Shown here piece by piece: positions 1-11,355 of a stretch of 64,000 bases of DNA (position 1 is the first letter of the stretch; every line of letters starts with the position of its first letter). The notes under the pieces are model-generated. The model did not search any database and was not told where the DNA came from. It was given only the letters and a program-made list of their open reading frames with translations. Location of the stretch: positions 50,220,001 through 50,284,000 of the forward strand of contig OX597820.1 of NCBI GenBank assembly GCA_951406725.2. Direction: 5' to 3'. The position numbers and the translations under genes were made by a program. This DNA comes from Octopus vulgaris. Lineage: Eukaryota.

Positions 1-21
1 TCTATCTATCTATCTATATAC

Positions 22-358
22 CGCTGTCGATTATTAATGATCATGAGATTGCACCTACAAAGTTACCCTCCAAGGTACATATCCGGATAAGATTGTTTAT
101 GGAAGACCAGCAGTCGTCCATGCATATAATACCCCCCCTCTCCACGCCACCGACATTTTCCAAGGAAAAGACAAAGCCAGAATCAACTGGGCAATAATTA
201 CATAATTACATTGCAGCTCATTTCTAGAGCTGAGTGAAGTGGAGCAACTGAAATAAAGTGTTTTGCTCAAGAACACAGCACACAGCTCGGTCCTGCAACC
301 AATCTCACTACCTCATGATTGTGAGTCTGACACTCTAACCACTGAATTATGCACCTTC
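22..358 (-). mobile_element. tRNA-derived SINE with CORE-like central domain (degenerate)
   Basis: The minus strand begins with a tRNA-like head (GTGAAGGTGCATAATTCAGTGGTTAGAG) followed by GTGTTCTTGAGCAAAACACTTTATTTCAGTTGCTCCACTTCACTCAGCT. The same block occurs at 25810-26070, 33545-33820 and 35270-35463. Confidence 0.75.
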
Positions 359-377
359 ACACAGACACACACACATG

Positions 378-445
<68 letters not shown>

Positions 446-862
446 TACATGCATGTATATACATACACGTAATGTAACACTGATTCTTATTGTGTGTAAC
501 ACTGTATGTACATACATACATGTATATACATACATGTATATACATACATGTATATACATACATGTATATACATACATGTATATACATACATGTATATACA
601 TACAAGTATGTAACACTGATTCTTATATATTTATATATATTATATGATTTTTATCTATTTATTTATCTTATCATATTTATATATTTCGAATTTTATATCC
701 GTTCTGTAGAAATAAATGAATATATGAATATATGTATGTATTTGATCTTTGTATCTGGATCTTAGTAATGTTCCTTTAGTTCCTGCTCGCATTTCCTCCG
801 CTCATATTGAGAAGTGGTATACATACACGAATATACATACAAACATATCTGTTTATACATTC

Positions 863-912
<50 letters not shown>

Positions 913-913
913 G

Positions 914-959
<46 letters not shown>

Positions 960-960
960 C

Positions 961-1015
<55 letters not shown>

Positions 1016-1085
1016 GGTATATATATATATATATTCATACATATACATCCATACATCCATATATACACACACATGTATACATACA

Positions 1086-1171
<86 letters not shown>

Positions 1172-1174
1172 AAC

Positions 1175-1391
1175 GCGGCGAGCTGGCACAGAAACGTTAG
1201 CATGCCGGGCGAAACGCGTACCCGTATTTCGTCTGTCGTTACGTTCTAGGTTCAAATTCCGCCGAGGTCGACTTTGCCTTTCATCCTTTCATGGGCGTAC
1301 CAGTTACGCACTGGGGTCGATGTAATCTACTTAATTCGTTTGTCTGTCCTTATTTGTCCCCGCTGTGTTTAGCCCCTTGTGGGTAGTAAAG

Positions 1392-1395
<4 letters not shown>
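1175..1395 (+). mobile_element. Meta-domain SINE (octopus OK-like), small internal deletion
   Basis: Head GGCGAGCTGGCA...GTTCAAATTCC (B box), Meta-like GAGGTCGACTTTGCCTTTCATCCTTTC and tail GCCCCTTGTGGGTAGTAAAGAAAT. It lies in (TA)n and has near-identical copies at 13938, 44831 and 50223. Confidence 0.85.
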
Positions 1396-1437
<42 letters not shown>

Positions 1438-1594
1438 ACATATATATAGATAAATACATACACAGACATGCATACGTACTTACATACATACGTGTATATA
1501 TATATATATAAACACACACATATCCATCTATCAACAACTCCCCCTCCTTCTCCCTCTTGTTATATATATATATATATATATTGTGTGTGTGTAA

Positions 1595-2071
1595 CCATTC
1601 AGAGTCACTACACAAAGAAGATAGACTCCCTGAAGAGGAGACGAGAGAGATATGCACTGCTACACATATGGAAATTTTGGAGGATCTAGCTCGAAATTTC
1701 GGATTTGAAAGCTACAACAATCCCCGAACAAGAAGGCAGTGCACAGTCAGTACGAAAGGTCCCATCTTCTCCATCGAGAATACAAACCCAATATTGTAAT
1801 AGTTTGGGATTCAAGGGACCACAACTTTCTAATGCCCTACAACAGAACGTCAAAGATCTGCGAGCTGTGGACATGGAAGTCTTCAAAAAACTTCTAGACA
1901 TTTTTTTTATATCTGCAAAACGGGATAAACCCACGTTGCGGCAAGAGGCACAAAGAAAAGCGGTAACGTCGAACTCACTACTTCACGACCAGTAATACTG
2001 GAAAAATCCCCGGATGCATTTGAAGCGGTGCACCATCATAGCTTCAGCCGTGAAAGATAAAAGATAAAAGA
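1595..2071 (+). mobile_element. CR1-group LINE, 5'-truncated 3' end (ORF2 C-terminus, frameshifted)
   Basis: Peptides [16 protein letters not shown] and YCNSLGFKGPQL...FKKLLD...SNSL, then a short 3'UTR with a (GATAAAA)n tail. Homologous to 19718-20106. Confidence 0.8.
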
Positions 2072-2130
2072 TATACATACATACGTATGTACATACATAC
2101 ATACATACATACATACATACATACAAACAT

Positions 2131-2564
2131 TTTACTCTTTTGCTCTTTTACTTGTTTCAGTCATTTTACTGTGGCCATTGTAGAGCACCGCTTTTAGTCG
2201 AGCAAATCGACCCCAGGACGTATTCTTTGTAAGCCTAGTACTTATTCTATCGGTGTCTTTTGCCGAACCGCTAAGTTACGGGGGGGGGGGGTAAACACAC
2301 CAGCTTCGGTTGTCAAGCGATGTTGGTGGAGGGACAAACACAGGCACACAAACACACATACACTCATATATACATATACATATATATATCTATACATATA
2401 TACGACGGGATTCTTTCAGTTTCCCTCTACTAAATCCGCTCACAAGGCTTTGGTCGGCCCGAGGCTATAGTAGAAGGCACTTGCCCAAGATGCCACGCAG
2501 TGGGACTGAACCCGGAACCATGTGCTTTATAAGCGAGCTACTTACCACACAGTCACTCCTACGC
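2131..2564 (-). mobile_element. tRNA/CORE SINE (octopus OR-like), full length
   Basis: Minus-strand head GCGTAGGAGTGACTGTGTGGTAAG...GGTTCAGTCCC, CORE-like CTTGGGCAAGTG, an internal TA/TG tract and tail ACTGAAACAAGTAAAAGAG. Several copies occur in the window. Confidence 0.85.
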
Positions 2565-3169
2565 ATATATATATATATATATATCCACAGACATAATAAT
2601 CACTCACAGTGCAAAATTACAACTCGAGATATGTTTCAATTATATAATTATAGTAGACAAATATGTAAAACTTTATTGCATATATATCACTTCTTGCGTA
2701 TAAGATAATACTTAGCATTTGTGAAATAAATGAACAAATTATCGAACACATTTGTAAGCATCTTATATGTATGTACTCTGAGATTTTGATAGAGCAGTGG
2801 AATTCAGAGAAATACAGGGATGGCAAATGAGGAAGAAAACAATCAATCATTTATAAAGACAATCATCTGCGAGAATTGTGCAATAACAGCAACATTCACT
2901 TCAGAGTAAATGCTGTGTGCATTTTCAGGAAATAAATATACTTGATTACAAAGGCCATTTTATTTTCGTTTTATACGTGGTGTAACGAGAAAAGGAAAGC
3001 TACATATCTTTCGCAAAGTCACTTATTGACTCAGTAATTCGTTCGCTCACTCACTCACTCACTTACTCACTCGTCATTTTCTCTCTCTATATATATATAT
3101 CTACAGATTAATGCATGTCTGTATGCATATTTAAATGCATTTACATGCATGTACACATAAGTATATATC

Positions 3170-3209
<40 letters not shown>

Positions 3210-3534
3210 AACACACACACATCTATGTATATATTTATAAATATGTATATATATATATATATATCCATGTACGTGTGAATGAATGTATGCACACGTACAC
3301 CCATCCACCCACACTCGCACAGATAAACGCACACGTACACCCATCCACCCACACTCGCACAGATAAACGCACACGGAAACATATGTTCTTCAAACAGTTG
3401 TAAGGCATGGACCGTATACACATACATAATATCAACAACTCCATTCTCCACTAGTTGTTAATACACATACAATCTTTACATACATAAATACATACATACA
3501 TACATATATATATACATACATATACATATGTATG

Positions 3535-3595
<61 letters not shown>

Positions 3596-3973
3596 CAGAA
3601 TTCACACGCACGTACATGCGTGTCTGTGTGCCTACGTGTGCTTGTAACACCACTCTCAGATTGTTCACGAAGCAATTGTCCAATACATTATATGCAGAAA
3701 AATAAATGAAATGAAATTGAATCTTTGGAGACATAAGCAGGTCAATACTTGACTACCTAATAGTCACCAAACATATGTATATATACTACATTCGTACATA
3801 AAGATACGTTTCATTGTATACACACCCTACAGTAATAAATGGTAATATAGTTTACATATTAAAGCGATAACTTATCTTATTTCTCATATGTTCGGCTTAA
3901 TTTACCAGCTGTGGCAAGAGTTGATATTTCCTAACTCATTTTAAGAAATACTTTCTCACCCACACGTACGTGC

Positions 3974-4022
<49 letters not shown>

Positions 4023-6054
4023 CATACATACACGCACAAACATATATATATATATATGTGTGTGTATGTGTCTGTGTGTGTATAATATTCTGAATATCCA
4101 TGTGGGCGTTTATTTATAAGTATGTCTTGATGTGTGCCTGCATAACTGTTGAAAATATCGTCCATAATAAGGTTTTTATACTCATAAGTAGTACAATTTC
4201 GCATTTATATACATACATACTATATATAGTATGTGTGTCCGTAAAACACACGCACACGTGCATGTACACAAACGCACAGATATACGCACACTCATATATT
4301 CATATAGATATAAAAGGAAAATGTGGGATGTTGGAGGGGAGGAGTTGAAAAAGAAAGACATACATTGTGTAGAAGGGAAACATATTATATCTGTCGTAAA
4401 TAATGTAATTCTGGATTAGGTTTGGGTGGGTTCATAATGTAACTAAAGTATGATTGATGGTGAACACTGAGTTGGAAATATTTCGAGATAATATCAATGT
4501 ATTCTTATTGAAGACTGGCCTGCCACATGACCTGCTTATAAAGATAGTATCGCTGTTTTCTAGTAATAGAGAGAAAATGAGAAAAAAGCTCTGCTAAATC
4601 GCTACAAAAAAATGTATAGAAATATTCACCGACCTGGTGAGGAATTAAATCTCAAATCGAAAGGAAAATATAGTATGTGATAGCAATATTTAGGAAATAT
4701 TAATATAATGATTATATAGTGAATATTTATATAGCTGAGCGCTATAGTTACACGCCATACACTGTAATATTTAGAGAGCTTCACTTGGTGTTTTGAATAA
4801 TAAACAAATATCAATGACAAAGGGCCGTAATAGCTGAACAAATATATATGTATGCTAACGCAATAATTCTTCAACGTATATTTAGTCGTTTGATGTTTTG
4901 TAATGTTGTTTGATTTTATGGCTAGAGGTCACCTGTCTGAATATTGCTGCGGGTAATATATTGTGAATTTTATGATTTTTCCCCACCATTAGTTTATAAA
5001 TCAGTCTAACGTGTGTAGACTCGTTTTAGGTGGGCCTCTGTCCCCTACTAAACTACGCGACTGAGGTTACTGTCAAGTATGTTTAATTGACAGTTGATAA
5101 ATATAGATATATTGCATTGTCACAGTAATGCACTTTTGCCTTTTAATACAATGATATTGAATTATAAAATTGTCGGAAGTCAAATAGTGTTATGTACATT
5201 CTAATCTTGATTTATTTGCTTTCTATCAAAATAAGGGTGACGGAAAAAGTATGTAAGTAGGAAACTTAAAGTTATGTGTTATTGGAAAGGCGAAGAATTA
5301 GGCAACGTTATTGTTAAAAGTCGAAACGATATTTAGAGGAAACAGAAATTCACCACAGTCTTATTTAAGTTATGTAGTCCATAAAATAAATCTAAGCAAA
5401 CGATGTAGGGGATTAAGGAGGATTAAAGAAAGAAAAAAGATTGTATCTTGGTGCAGCGTTCATATACATCGTCTGTCCTCTATATACATTTTGCTCGGTA
5501 TTTTGAGTCCTTAAACAAAATTTAAAAGAGAAAAAGTGTTTCACCATCTCTGGAACATAAATTCTTAATTTCTCAACTTCTCTTCTTTCTGGCTTGGACA
5601 AATACAACATTTTCAATTGAATATACTTTCTTTATGCCTCTAAAACCCGTCACCAAACATTACACACTATTACTTGAGCTAATGCTTTGTAATGCTACCT
5701 GATTATTAGAATCTATCTCTGCAGCATTGTTTTTCACGTGAAACAAACAATAAGACGAAGGTCCATATTAATCAACTTAACCTGCCAATCCTCATACAAT
5801 ATTTTACTAAGAGAGTGCCAAAGAATTTCTTTTCCTTCTCAAGTAAAATGCAATGTAATTTACCGTATTTCTGATAACAGAAATGGAATTGGAAAATAAA
5901 AGAAATCGTTGCATGTAATGGAAATTGTATTTCATTCACAAATTCTTTCAAGTGATATGTTTCTCATCATCTGGTATAAAAAGAAACATATATATTCATG
6001 TTATTAGATATAGTTTTGCTAAAAGTATGATTTGATGTGGAATTGGTCTATATA

Positions 6055-6913
6055 CGTTGTCTGATCAATAAGTATCCGGACTGTTGCCATAATAGCGAAG
6101 CTAAAACACGCAGATTAAAGCCGCTTGCACAGATTGACCTTGAACTCTGCTATGCATAAATAAAAGGTTTTAACGTTTTAGGTCATTTCCGCTGTTTACA
6201 GTAGTGCATGAAAGTAACATGTGTAGCGTGGGTTCGTCGCACTGACCGGTGACAAAGCTGAGCAGAGAATCTACATCAAACTTTGCCAAATGCATTGCTA
6301 TACCTGCTCAGAGGCCAGCTTATAGTTTTCAAAAAGTTTTCATCGTTCTCGACACAATCAAGGAGACTTTATGCAACCGAAACCCGAGTGTGTTTCTGGT
6401 TAGCTGAAAGCAGTTTTGGCACAAAATTGGCAGACATGCATCTAATACTCAAATCTTTAGTGATAATGGAGTGAATTGAATTGTAGCTAATCTGCACATC
6501 TTCTGATAACTCATAGATTGTGAATCGACGATTTCTCTTCACAGCTGCATGCAAATCTGCGATGGTTTTTCCCAATTCTGCTGGTTGCAGGTCTCTCAGA
6601 ACGTTCGTCAATATTGACATTATTTCAGCCATCTTTCAAACTTCTGAGCAACACGTAAACTTGTGTGCGCTCATACACACCTCTCCATATAATTTCTGCA
6701 ACTTTGCATGGGTCTCTGGGCAGGTATCGCCATGAAAACTTTGTCTATCATAGTCAATGTGACGATCGCACGCTACACATGTTCCTTCCAAGCAATGCTG
6801 TAAACAGCAGAAGTGGGCTAGAATGTTAAAACTTAGAGCACATGCACAGCAGAATTCAAGCGACTATGCTTTAGCTTCGTTACTAAGTCCGGATACCTTT
6901 TGATCAGACCTTG
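6055..6913 (-). mobile_element. Mariner-derived non-autonomous element with duplicated, inverted 5' ends
   Basis: TIRs TA|CGTTGTCTGATCAATAAGTATCCGGACT and AGTCCGGATACCTTTTGATCAGACCTTG. Minus-strand transposase N-terminus ...NRRFTIYELSEDVQISYNSIHSIITKDLSIRCMSANFVPKLL (WVPHEL-like). The inverted similarity extends about 200 bp. Confidence 0.85.
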
Positions 6914-7520
6914 GACATCATAATAAATACAAGGTGACATAACCAGCTATAAAGACAGAACGGAGTCGGACTAAATTACTAACAATTATTCTAAAATAAG
7001 CAAAAGACAAGAAATTTGAAAGAACGGGTTTAATCAATTATATTTCATTGTATTTGTCGATTGGTATTTTATTTAGTTCATCTAGGAATAATGAAAGTCA
7101 ACAATTTAACGTCATTAAGATCTGAAGTCGGTGAAAAGTGGGTATTTTCGCGACAACTAACGGTTCTCATAATGTAACATAGGGTTATTAATAATAACTA
7201 AATTTGATCTTCTAAGATTGAACTCATGTACACAATACTTAATTTATATATTTTGTTTTTATATTTGCTTTTTGTACCGTACGCTATCCCAAATACCTCT
7301 GCACTTGTTACTAGCAAGAGAATTTGACTTATTAGCAAGTACCATGAATACATTCATTGCTTAAGATGCCATATCCATAGATGACCCTTTAGCTCCTCCC
7401 ACATTATAACAGCTCAACATTCAAGATAGATCTATCTATCCATCTATCTATCTCTATACATACACACGCACACACACACAAACATACACACGCACACACA
7501 TGTATATGAACACCCATATA

Positions 7521-8966
7521 AACGCTAATAGCTAAGGAGTAAAATTTAGGATTTCTCGGTTTTCCGAGAATCAATGCTGATAAAACATTTCCCAGCTGGT
7601 TTGCACACTATGGCAACACCACTGTGATATTTCTATTATAATGTGTATCGCCCTTTCTTTTTTTATTTCAGTTTCTTCTAATTTTGGGTGAATCACGCTA
7701 ATAGCGTCTCACTTCCCTAAGAACAAAGGGACATAGAAAAGGCCTTATCGATTAAGAAAAGTCTGTCATTATCAAGGAAAGTGCTAAAGGCATCTCGCTT
7801 CATGTCATTGCGGAGATGTTAGGTCGTCATGTGGACACGGTTAGACGATTCCTGAAGGACCTTTCGCCACAGAAGAAACGATCCAATTGTGGGACCTGCA
7901 AGACTGTGACAGCTAGTGATTTAAGTAATATTGGCCGCAAGTTACGTGGGAAACATGCATAAAGAAGCAAAGCCATTTTTACCGCCTCCGGACTTTCTCG
8001 TGTACCGAAAACCACCAGAAACCGCATCTTCGGGACCATGACTTCCGTGCAAGAACCCCTGGGTCTGCATTCTTTAACGCCTCATCACAGGATTTCGAGG
8101 CTTCAGTGAACTCAAAATTACATGATGTTAGACATGAGTTGTTTCCTGTTTACTGAATAAACCCGGGCGACCCTTGACGGACATGACGGTTGGGCAAATA
8201 GTTGGGTCTCTTTGGAGACGAACATGACCAGCGTTTATGACGTCAACAACAGGATGGAGGAGTTATGTTGTGGGCCGGTATCACTGAAGACATATTTATT
8301 GGCCCGGTCAGGGAGTCTGAAAGGGTTAAAGTGACCGCAGCCGCCTACTGTAATCTCCTGAAGGAGGTCTTGGCTCACTGGTTAGATGACATTTCGCTGT
8401 CACGTTTAAGGAATCTCATAGTCATGCATGTCAACGCTCCCACCCATTCTGTTACGACAACTCAAACACTACTAGGGTCTTACAGCATACAAGGTTGATG
8501 GTGTGGCCGCCAGCATCTCTGGATCTCAACCCTATCGAAAATATTAGGTACATCATTAAACAAGATGTTTATGCCGATGGACGGCAATTTATATCTTACG
8601 GGCGACCATCAAAGCTGCAGCAGAGGCAGTCCAACCTGTTACTATTAAGAAATTGACAGATTCCATGACTAATAGAGTTTTTGAAATTATCTGTCGAAAT
8701 GGCGTTCATGTGACAAAGTATCATTACCCTTCAATTTCTGAAAAAACAAAATGTCTAGATGGGCTATTCAAAAGCTATTACTGTGGTTCACCCAAAAACT
8801 GAAGAATCTGATATAAAAGAAAGAAAGGACCTTACACAGAATAGTGAAGACATAGCAATTGTGTTGCCATTGTGTGCAAACCAGCTGGGAAAAAGTTTTA
8901 TCAAAATTGATTCACAGAAAACCGAGAAATCCTAAATTTCACCCTTAAGCTATTAGCGTGGTTCTG
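7521..8966 (+). mobile_element. Tc1-family DNA transposon (DD37E/TRT-like), near full length, transposase pseudogene at about 7727-8720
   Basis: About 185-bp TIRs (7521-7705 and 8773-8966), each with an outer and inner (C)GCTAATAGC-like repeat. Decayed ORF motifs: IAEMLGRHVDTVRRFL, LFTE*TRATLDGHDGW, GGVMLWAGI, IVMHVNAPTHS, LMVWPPASLDLNPIEN. Confidence 0.9.
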
Positions 8967-9017
8967 GTTATATATATAGGCCCACTTCTAAGTTATCTTA
9001 AATATATTTACAAATAC

Positions 9018-9095
<78 letters not shown>

Positions 9096-9228
9096 TGCAA
9101 CGCACAACTGTAGCCACATATAAACTGTTGTTGTTCGTAATGAAACCGAAATGAAATAATCGATGTTACACTCATTTTCTAGATCAAAACTTCGATTTTG
9201 AATGTTAACAATAGTTTATGCCATGAAA

Positions 9229-9298
<70 letters not shown>

Positions 9299-9540
9299 TA
9301 ATTAAGGGTAGAAATTGATATTTATCAATTAAGACCAGTGGTCTAGCATATTAAAAAAGAATCCGAAGATTAAAATATTTATATATACCAATTAAGGACT
9401 GAACACGAAAAGTGGACAGTCAACATGCTAGATATAGACGTCAAATCGTCATTCACCACAAAAGATTATGTTCTCAGATCAAACTCAACACAAAACCATA
9501 GCAATAAACAAGTGAAAAATATACGAAATAAAATAATTAC

Positions 9541-9605
9541 CCATGTACTAACTTAGTTTCAGCTGTTATTTTCCGCAAGGAAAACTGCAGCCATCATCAG
9601 CATGG
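9541..9605 (-). ncRNA. Type I hammerhead ribozyme motif (family A)
   Basis: Minus strand reads CCAUG-CUGAUGA-UGGCUG...CAGCU-GAAA-CUAAGUUAG-UA-CAUGG. Stems I, II and III pair and the cleavage triplet is GUA. Confidence 0.85.
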
Positions 9606-10141
9606 TCCGTTATAAATGTAATTTGCTGGACTAAATGCAAACACGATACCGAAATATCGCGTGCATGGAGTTCAGCCTATTACATTTGAATATATCTTTC
9701 AAATGCCTTTACCTTGGCGCGTTGAAACCCGAAAAAACTAGCCTGCAGCTAATAATTAGCAGCAGTTAATTTATCGGTTAGAGAACATATTTATTTATAT
9801 AAAATTAATTAAGGGTAGAAATTGATATTTATCAATTAAGACCAGTGGTCTAGCATATTAAAAAAGAATCCGAAGATTAAAATATTTATATATACCAATT
9901 AAGGACTGAACACGAAAAGTGGACAGTCAACATGCTAGATATAGACGTCAAATCGTCATTCACCACAAAAGATTATGTTCTCAGATCAAACTCAACACAA
10001 AACCATAGCAATAAACAAGTGAAAAATATACGAAATAAAATAATTAAATAAAATAAATAAAATGTAATAGGCTGAACTCCATGCACGCGATATTTCGGTA
10101 TCGTGTTTGCATTTAGTCCAGCAAATTACATTTATAACGGA

Positions 10142-10207
10142 CCATGCTGATGATGGCTGCAGTTTTCTCTTGCGGAAAATAACAGCTGAAACTAAGTTAG
10201 TACATGG
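10142..10207 (+). ncRNA. Type I hammerhead ribozyme motif (family A, inverted copy)
   Basis: CCATG CTGATGA TGGCTGCAGTTTTCTCTTGCGGAAAATAACAGCT GAAA CTAAGTTAG TA CATGG. Confidence 0.85.
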
Positions 10208-10360
10208 GTAATTATTTTATTTCGTATATTTTTCACTTGTTTATTGCTATGGTTTTGTGTTGAGTTTGATCTGAGAACATAATCTTTTGTGGTGAATGAC
10301 GATTTGACGTCTATATCTAGCATGTTGACTGTCCACTTTTCGTGTTCAGTCCTTAATTGG

Positions 10361-10384
<24 letters not shown>

Positions 10385-10392
<8 letters not shown>

Positions 10393-10890
10393 TTAAAATT
10401 ACTAAGTCTCTCTAAAGGAGATTACGGCAGCGTTACTGGATATTAATAGTTATCGCCATACTAATATGGCAGTCTATAAATAAGACTAAAGCTGTCGCTG
10501 ATTAGCTCCAAGAGGCCATCACCTCTAGCTAGCTATATGACACACGAACCTGCGTCCATTACAACCTTCGAACAGGGGAGGTCAACCGCTTCACCTTGCT
10601 AGTCAGACATCTGCAGACATGTTTCAGGGTTGTTGCCCTTTATCAATGCAGCGTAGTCAGAACCAGCAGGTGTCGCTACTGACCGTCTGTTCGAAGATTT
10701 TATTTACCTAGTTACAGTGGAATACATCCGCTTGTTTTCAATAATAGAAATATTAAAATTACTAAGTCTCTCTAAAGGAGATTACGGCAGCGTTACTGGA
10801 TATTAATAGTTATCGCCATACTAATATGGCAGTCTATAAATAAGACTAAAGCTGTCGCTGATTAGCTCCAAGAGGCCATGACCTCTAGCT
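10385..10890 (-). mobile_element. Retrozyme-like or non-autonomous PLE repeat: 360-bp monomer present in 1.4 copies
   Basis: 10385-10530 is repeated at 10745-10890 with a single substitution. There is no ORF, one hammerhead per monomer, and the left end abuts (TA)n. Confidence 0.75.
10611..10651 (-). ncRNA. Minimal type I hammerhead ribozyme motif, U3:A8 core variant (family B)
   Basis: Minus strand reads CUGCA-UUGAUAA-AGGG-CAACAA-CCCU-GAAA-CAUG-UC-UGCAG: 5-bp stem I, 4-bp stem II, palindromic mini stem III and a GUC site. Confidence 0.85.
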
Positions 10891-10892
10891 AT

Positions 10893-11062
10893 ATAAAACC
10901 AGTAAAACTTTTTTCATTTTCTGTTTTTTTCTTTTTTCTTTCTGTTGAAAAGCGTAGGCTCGCATCGTAAAAGACTTTCTCACTTCCCGAGCGTTAAACT
11001 AATACATCTGTATGTTGTTTACACACTCGTTTTCATCTTCTGTTTTTTTTCTTGTAAATTCC

Positions 11063-11066
<4 letters not shown>
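10893..11066 (+). mobile_element. PLE-like 3' end with decayed hammerhead (10938-10973)
   Basis: CTTT-CTGTTGA-AAAGCGTAGGCTC-GCAT-CGTA-AAAG has the same layout as the motif at 48472. A T-rich tail ends ...AAC|TATA, as at 48608. Confidence 0.55.
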
Positions 11067-11145
<79 letters not shown>

Positions 11146-11153
11146 TATACACA

Positions 11154-11355
11154 CGAGACCGGTGCTGAAAAGTTCCTGGTTTTAAGAGTCTTGCGAAAAG
11201 GCCTGCTTGGAGGCTCAAATTTCCGATTTTTTTTAAGGGTTTAGAAAAACTGAAGGAGAGCTGCAATTAGTGCGTGAATCAGGGAGAGGAATATGATGAA
11301 AAATATCCTGTATTTTTCTTTTACTCAAAGCCAGGAACTTTTCAGAACCCCTTCG
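11154..11355 (+). mobile_element. Mariner-derived MITE
   Basis: TIRs GGTGCTGAAAAGTTCCTGGTTT and AAAGCCAGGAACTTTTCAGAACC. An internal remnant [21 protein letters not shown] resembles the mariner C-terminus. Confidence 0.8.

Larger units (their letters stand above)
9295..10365 (-). mobile_element. ORF-less Penelope-like repeat: 507-bp unit, partial tandem copy and inverted arm, flanked by (TA)n
   Basis: 9295-9539 is repeated at 9802-10046 (offset 507). 10060-10365 is the near-perfect reverse complement of about 9382-9687. It carries two hammerhead motifs. Confidence 0.8.

Noticed and set aside
472-625. 14-bp tandem array (CATACATGTATATA) flanked by a repeated ATGTAACACTGATTCTTA
   Set aside because: It is a microsatellite-derived minisatellite with no unique spacers, so not CRISPR-like.
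263-1255. Many ORFs of YI/HT/CV repeats, here and throughout the window
   Set aside because: They are translations of stop-free (AT)n, (AC)n and (ATAC)n microsatellites, not genes.
4990-5065. LVLGGPLSPT resembling a PLE RT motif
   Set aside because: It is a single short match with no neighbouring RT motifs.
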